Below, piece by piece: positions 39,144 through 41,418 of a stretch of DNA of 41,418 nucleotides. The position numbers and the translations under genes were made by a program. The stretch spans positions 1-41,418 of IMG/VR virus record IMGVR_UViG_3300048516_000008, one strand, 5' to 3'. Source of the DNA: a virus (Duplodnaviria > Caudoviricetes). The notes beneath the pieces are model-generated. The model saw only the letters and a program-made list of their open reading frames with translations, was not told the origin of the DNA and did no database searches. How positions within the stretch are numbered: the stretch's first letter is position 1; every line of letters begins with the position of its first letter.

Positions 39144-39839
39144 TTAGTCAAAAAACCCGCGAATTGTTGCCTCTAATTCTGGGGTGCGATCGTACACATT
39201 GACTTGATAGCGTCCGTGTTGAGTTTGCCCTAAAGGTTCGTGAGAAGTCCTCACCCACTTACCCAATTTTGCATCTTCACCGGGTTTTAAAGAATAGCCA
39301 AGATCCCGCGCTAAAACGGCTGCTATGACGGGTTTAGCTTGACTTCCTGGTAGAGCGTTGTTTGCTCCCAATTCCTCTGCTAAGCGCTGCTCAAACGCTG
39401 CTTTGATTATTGGGTTAGTGATACTTGGCAACAGTTTTGTAGCTTCTATTAATACCTCAAAAGATGTCGGCAACTGTCGGGGCGGTTCTGGCGTGGGCGC
39501 GGTTAGTTGGCTGATAACGTGTTTTACCCCGATCGCCCCAAACGTTCGAGCCAACTGCTTAGCCATCGGGGCGGCTGCTTTTGATTCATAAGCGAAGTAT
39601 TCGATCGCTAGCCAAACAGCCTGCGGGGGAAAGCCATTCTCTACCAAGTCAGCAGGCTTAAACCCATACTCTGTAAGGGTTTGACCTAATTTTGCCGACT
39701 TGAAGTCAGCACCTCGGATGATGCTAGTATCATCAACACTACAGCAGCGCGCGACACCACGGATGCTCAAATTTCCGTTAGGCATTGCCTGATCTCGAAT
39801 GAAGCTCAAAAATTCTTGCTCAGTGTGTATAATGGTCAT
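39144..39839 (-). CDS. Antirepressor-like DNA-binding protein (cyanobacterial SIRGVAR type)
   Basis: LSIRGVARCCSVD HTH-like, AIEYFAYE, AIGVK, C-terminal KLGKWVR..VNVY. Start moved to ATG 39839. Confidence 0.65.
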   Translation of the reverse strand: MTIIHTEQEFLSFIRDQAMPNGNLSIRGVARCCSVDDTSIIRGADFKSAKLGQTLTEYGFKPADLVENGFPPQAVWLAIEYFAYESKAAAPMAKQLARTFGAIGVKHVISQLTAPTPEPPRQLPTSFEVLIEATKLLPSITNPIIKAAFEQRLAEELGANNALPGSQAKPVIAAVLARDLGYSLKPGEDAKLGKWVRTSHEPLGQTQHGRYQVNVYDRTPELEATIRGFFD

Positions 39840-40020
39840 TATTAGTTGTCTCTTGTTTGGGTAACTGCGATCGCGTATTGCCAAATTCCCGATCGCCTAA
39901 TAATATTATAACATACTAATATTAAAAACCCGCACGTTCTTAAAAGAATTTGCGGGTTTATTCTTGAGGATTAATCCCAATGTTGGGATTAATCTTTGAG
40001 GGCGATCGGGTTAATCGAAA

Positions 40021-40163
40021 GCACCAGTTTTAAACCTTTGTGCAGTATAGGTTTCAGCCAGTTTTATAAAGGCAAGGCACCACATCGAATCGACAAAGTG
40101 TGCAGCATTTAAAGCCATACCTAGCAAGGCTTTGACCTGATTTTTATCGACGCAAGTGTGCAG
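40021..40163. repeat. Two non-coding variants of the motif found inside the 39144-39839 gene
   Basis: GCACCA at 40021/40077 and AAGTGTGCAG at 40096/40154, each flanking AAA(C/G)C..G(G/C)TTT. Confidence 0.8.
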
Positions 40164-40223
40164 GGCGATCGGGCTAGCCAAAAAATGCTAAGCTAAAAGT
40201 ATAGAAAAATAGCAATATGAACT

Positions 40224-41418
40224 ATGACATTAACGATCGGGCGTGAAGAAGTCGAGTGCGAGTCATTCAGAGTGAGGGGAAGTTACAACAGCACGATCGC
40301 GCGCTTGTTCGCGTTACCCGTAGCGGTACAAAGTACAGAGCCGCTAACTTTAGAAGTGACGATTAAAGGCAACAAATTTAAACCAGTAAAAAAAGTTAGG
40401 CGGGTATATTGGCAAAAAAAATATGTAGGTTATTTTGTAATAGGTAATGTTTCCCAAGAATGGGAAGGCGATCGGTATCGGACACGGTTAGAGTTGAAAC
40501 AATGCGAGAGATCGGACGTACCTCAAGACGAGATCCCGATCTATAAGTGGCGGCACGATTTAATAGCTCTGTCGCAAAATTTAGAGCAAACGGACGGCGC
40601 TATAATTGCAGCCGGAAGACAGATAAACCCGATCGCAGAAAGTTGGAAAGTTGGCAATACTGAGATCGCTAGTGCGAGTGATGATAATGTTTCACCCGCT
40701 GTACTTCCTGTGAGTTTGGGCGGTACGGGCGCGAGTGATCCGGTAATAGCATTAATTAATTTGGGCGCGATTAGTTCTGCTAGTAAAGGCTTGCCGTTTG
40801 GGGTAGCGCCGTTAGGTTCGGATGGGAAAGTTCCGGCTATATTCTTGCCACCTGGTGGCGGTGGCGGTGGCGGTAGTGTTACATTCCCCATTACTGTTGC
40901 CCAAGGCGGTACAAACGCGCTAGACGCGGCGACAGCACGGACAAATCTGGGCGTGGTTTCAACAGCGACTTATACCGCAGGACTGGCATTGAAATTAGAT
41001 GCCAGCGCGCGATCGGCTGCTGATGGTGTTGCCCCCTTAGATGTTAATAGTTTAGTCCCTACAGCAAACCTACCTGCTTATCCTACGCTTGCAAGTTTGG
41101 GCGCGGTATCAACATCAACTTATACAGACGGGCTAGCACTGAAATTAGATGCCAGCGCGCGAAATGCTGCAAACGGTGTTGCACCTTTAAATGTTAACAG
41201 CTTAGTCCCTACAGCAAACCTACCCGCTTATCCTACGCTTGCAAGTTTGGGCGCGGTATCAACATCAACTTATACAGACGGGCTAGCACTCAAATTAGAT
41301 GCCAGCGCGCGAAATGCTGCAAACGGTGTTGCACCTTTAAATGTTAACAGCTTAGTCCCTACAGCAAACCTACCCGCTTATCCTACGCTTGCAAGTTTGG
41401 GGGCGGTATCAACATCAA
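40224..41418 (+). CDS. Tail fibre protein (partial, runs off window) with 50-aa repeats
   Basis: My own translation from ATG 40224 is open: PVSLGGTGA..NLG, GVAPLGSDGKVP..LP, poly-Gly, then 150-bp repeats. Absent from the ORF track because it has no stop in the window. Confidence 0.8.
   Translation, partial: MTLTIGREEVECESFRVRGSYNSTIARLFALPVAVQSTEPLTLEVTIKGNKFKPVKKVRRVYWQKKYVGYFVIGNVSQEWEGDRYRTRLELKQCERSDVPQDEIPIYKWRHDLIALSQNLEQTDGAIIAAGRQINPIAESWKVGNTEIASASDDNVSPAVLPVSLGGTGASDPVIALINLGAISSASKGLPFGVAPLGSDGKVPAIFLPPGGGGGGGSVTFPITVAQGGTNALDAATARTNLGVVSTATYTAGLALKLDASARSAADGVAPLDVNSLVPTANLPAYPTLASLGAVSTSTYTDGLALKLDASARNAANGVAPLNVNSLVPTANLPAYPTLASLGAVSTSTYTDGLALKLDASARNAANGVAPLNVNSLVPTANLPAYPTLASLGAVSTS
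40948..41418 (+). repeat. 150-bp tandem repeats within the tail fibre gene
   Basis: Units start at ~40948, 41098, 41248 and 41398 (partial). Confidence 0.9.

Larger units (their letters stand above)
162..39995. repeat. 25 dispersed copies of (A/T)TCCCA-N4-TGGGA(A/T)
   Basis: Core starts: 164, 1029, 4748, 4849, 6473, 7644, 9249, 9928, 10575, 13882, 16188, 18532, 20594, 22206, 24439*, 26055, 27599*, 29893, 31490, 34133, 35074, 36889, 38234, 39109, 39976 (* = CTCA variant). Confidence 0.9.

Noticed and set aside
162-39995. CCCA-N4-TGGG sites as solitary CRISPR repeat mimics (RNA anti-CRISPR)
   Set aside because: The ATCCC..GGGAT stem recalls some cyanobacterial repeats, but the GTT 5' end and GAAA(C/G) 3' handle are absent and the motif is only ~18 bp.
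40948-41418. Diversity-generating retroelement TR/VR pair
   Set aside because: The repeats are tandem and in frame, differences are not adenine-specific, and no reverse transcriptase is in the window.
1-41418. tRNA/rRNA genes, integrase, att sites, lysis genes
   Set aside because: None recognisable by eye; they may lie outside the window.

Overview
A 41.4-kb segment of a tailed phage genome with a contractile (myovirus-type) tail. The host is almost certainly a cyanobacterium, because the HIP1 octamer GCGATCGC and its CGATCG core saturate the sequence. No integrase is present; replication appears to rely on a cyanobacterial-plasmid-type DUF3854 primase/helicase, so a phage-plasmid lifestyle is possible. 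The left part holds the primase-helicase, an SF2 helicase, a SWIM protein, a C5 methyltransferase and several single-gene cassettes with a shared promoter. A 1.1-kb low-complexity repeat region follows. The rest is the morphogenesis region: terminase, portal, protease, decoration protein, capsid, sheath, tube, a frameshifted tail chaperone, tape measure, baseplate and tail fibre. It is interrupted repeatedly by minus-strand accessory genes (two KilA-N proteins, two antirepressor-like proteins, GIY-YIG, HNH, RusA). The most striking signal is non-coding. Next to the KilA-N/antirepressor-like genes lie intergenic arrays of many different variants of DNA motifs that also occur inside those same genes: 5-4-5 palindromes, and direct repeats spaced 56-58 bp around an AAACC..GGTTT-type inverted repeat. 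In addition, 25 copies of a CCCA-N4-TGGG palindrome sit almost all at gene borders, and there are 7 copies of a ~100-bp origin-like element. All protein calls come from motif recognition by eye, not from database searches.
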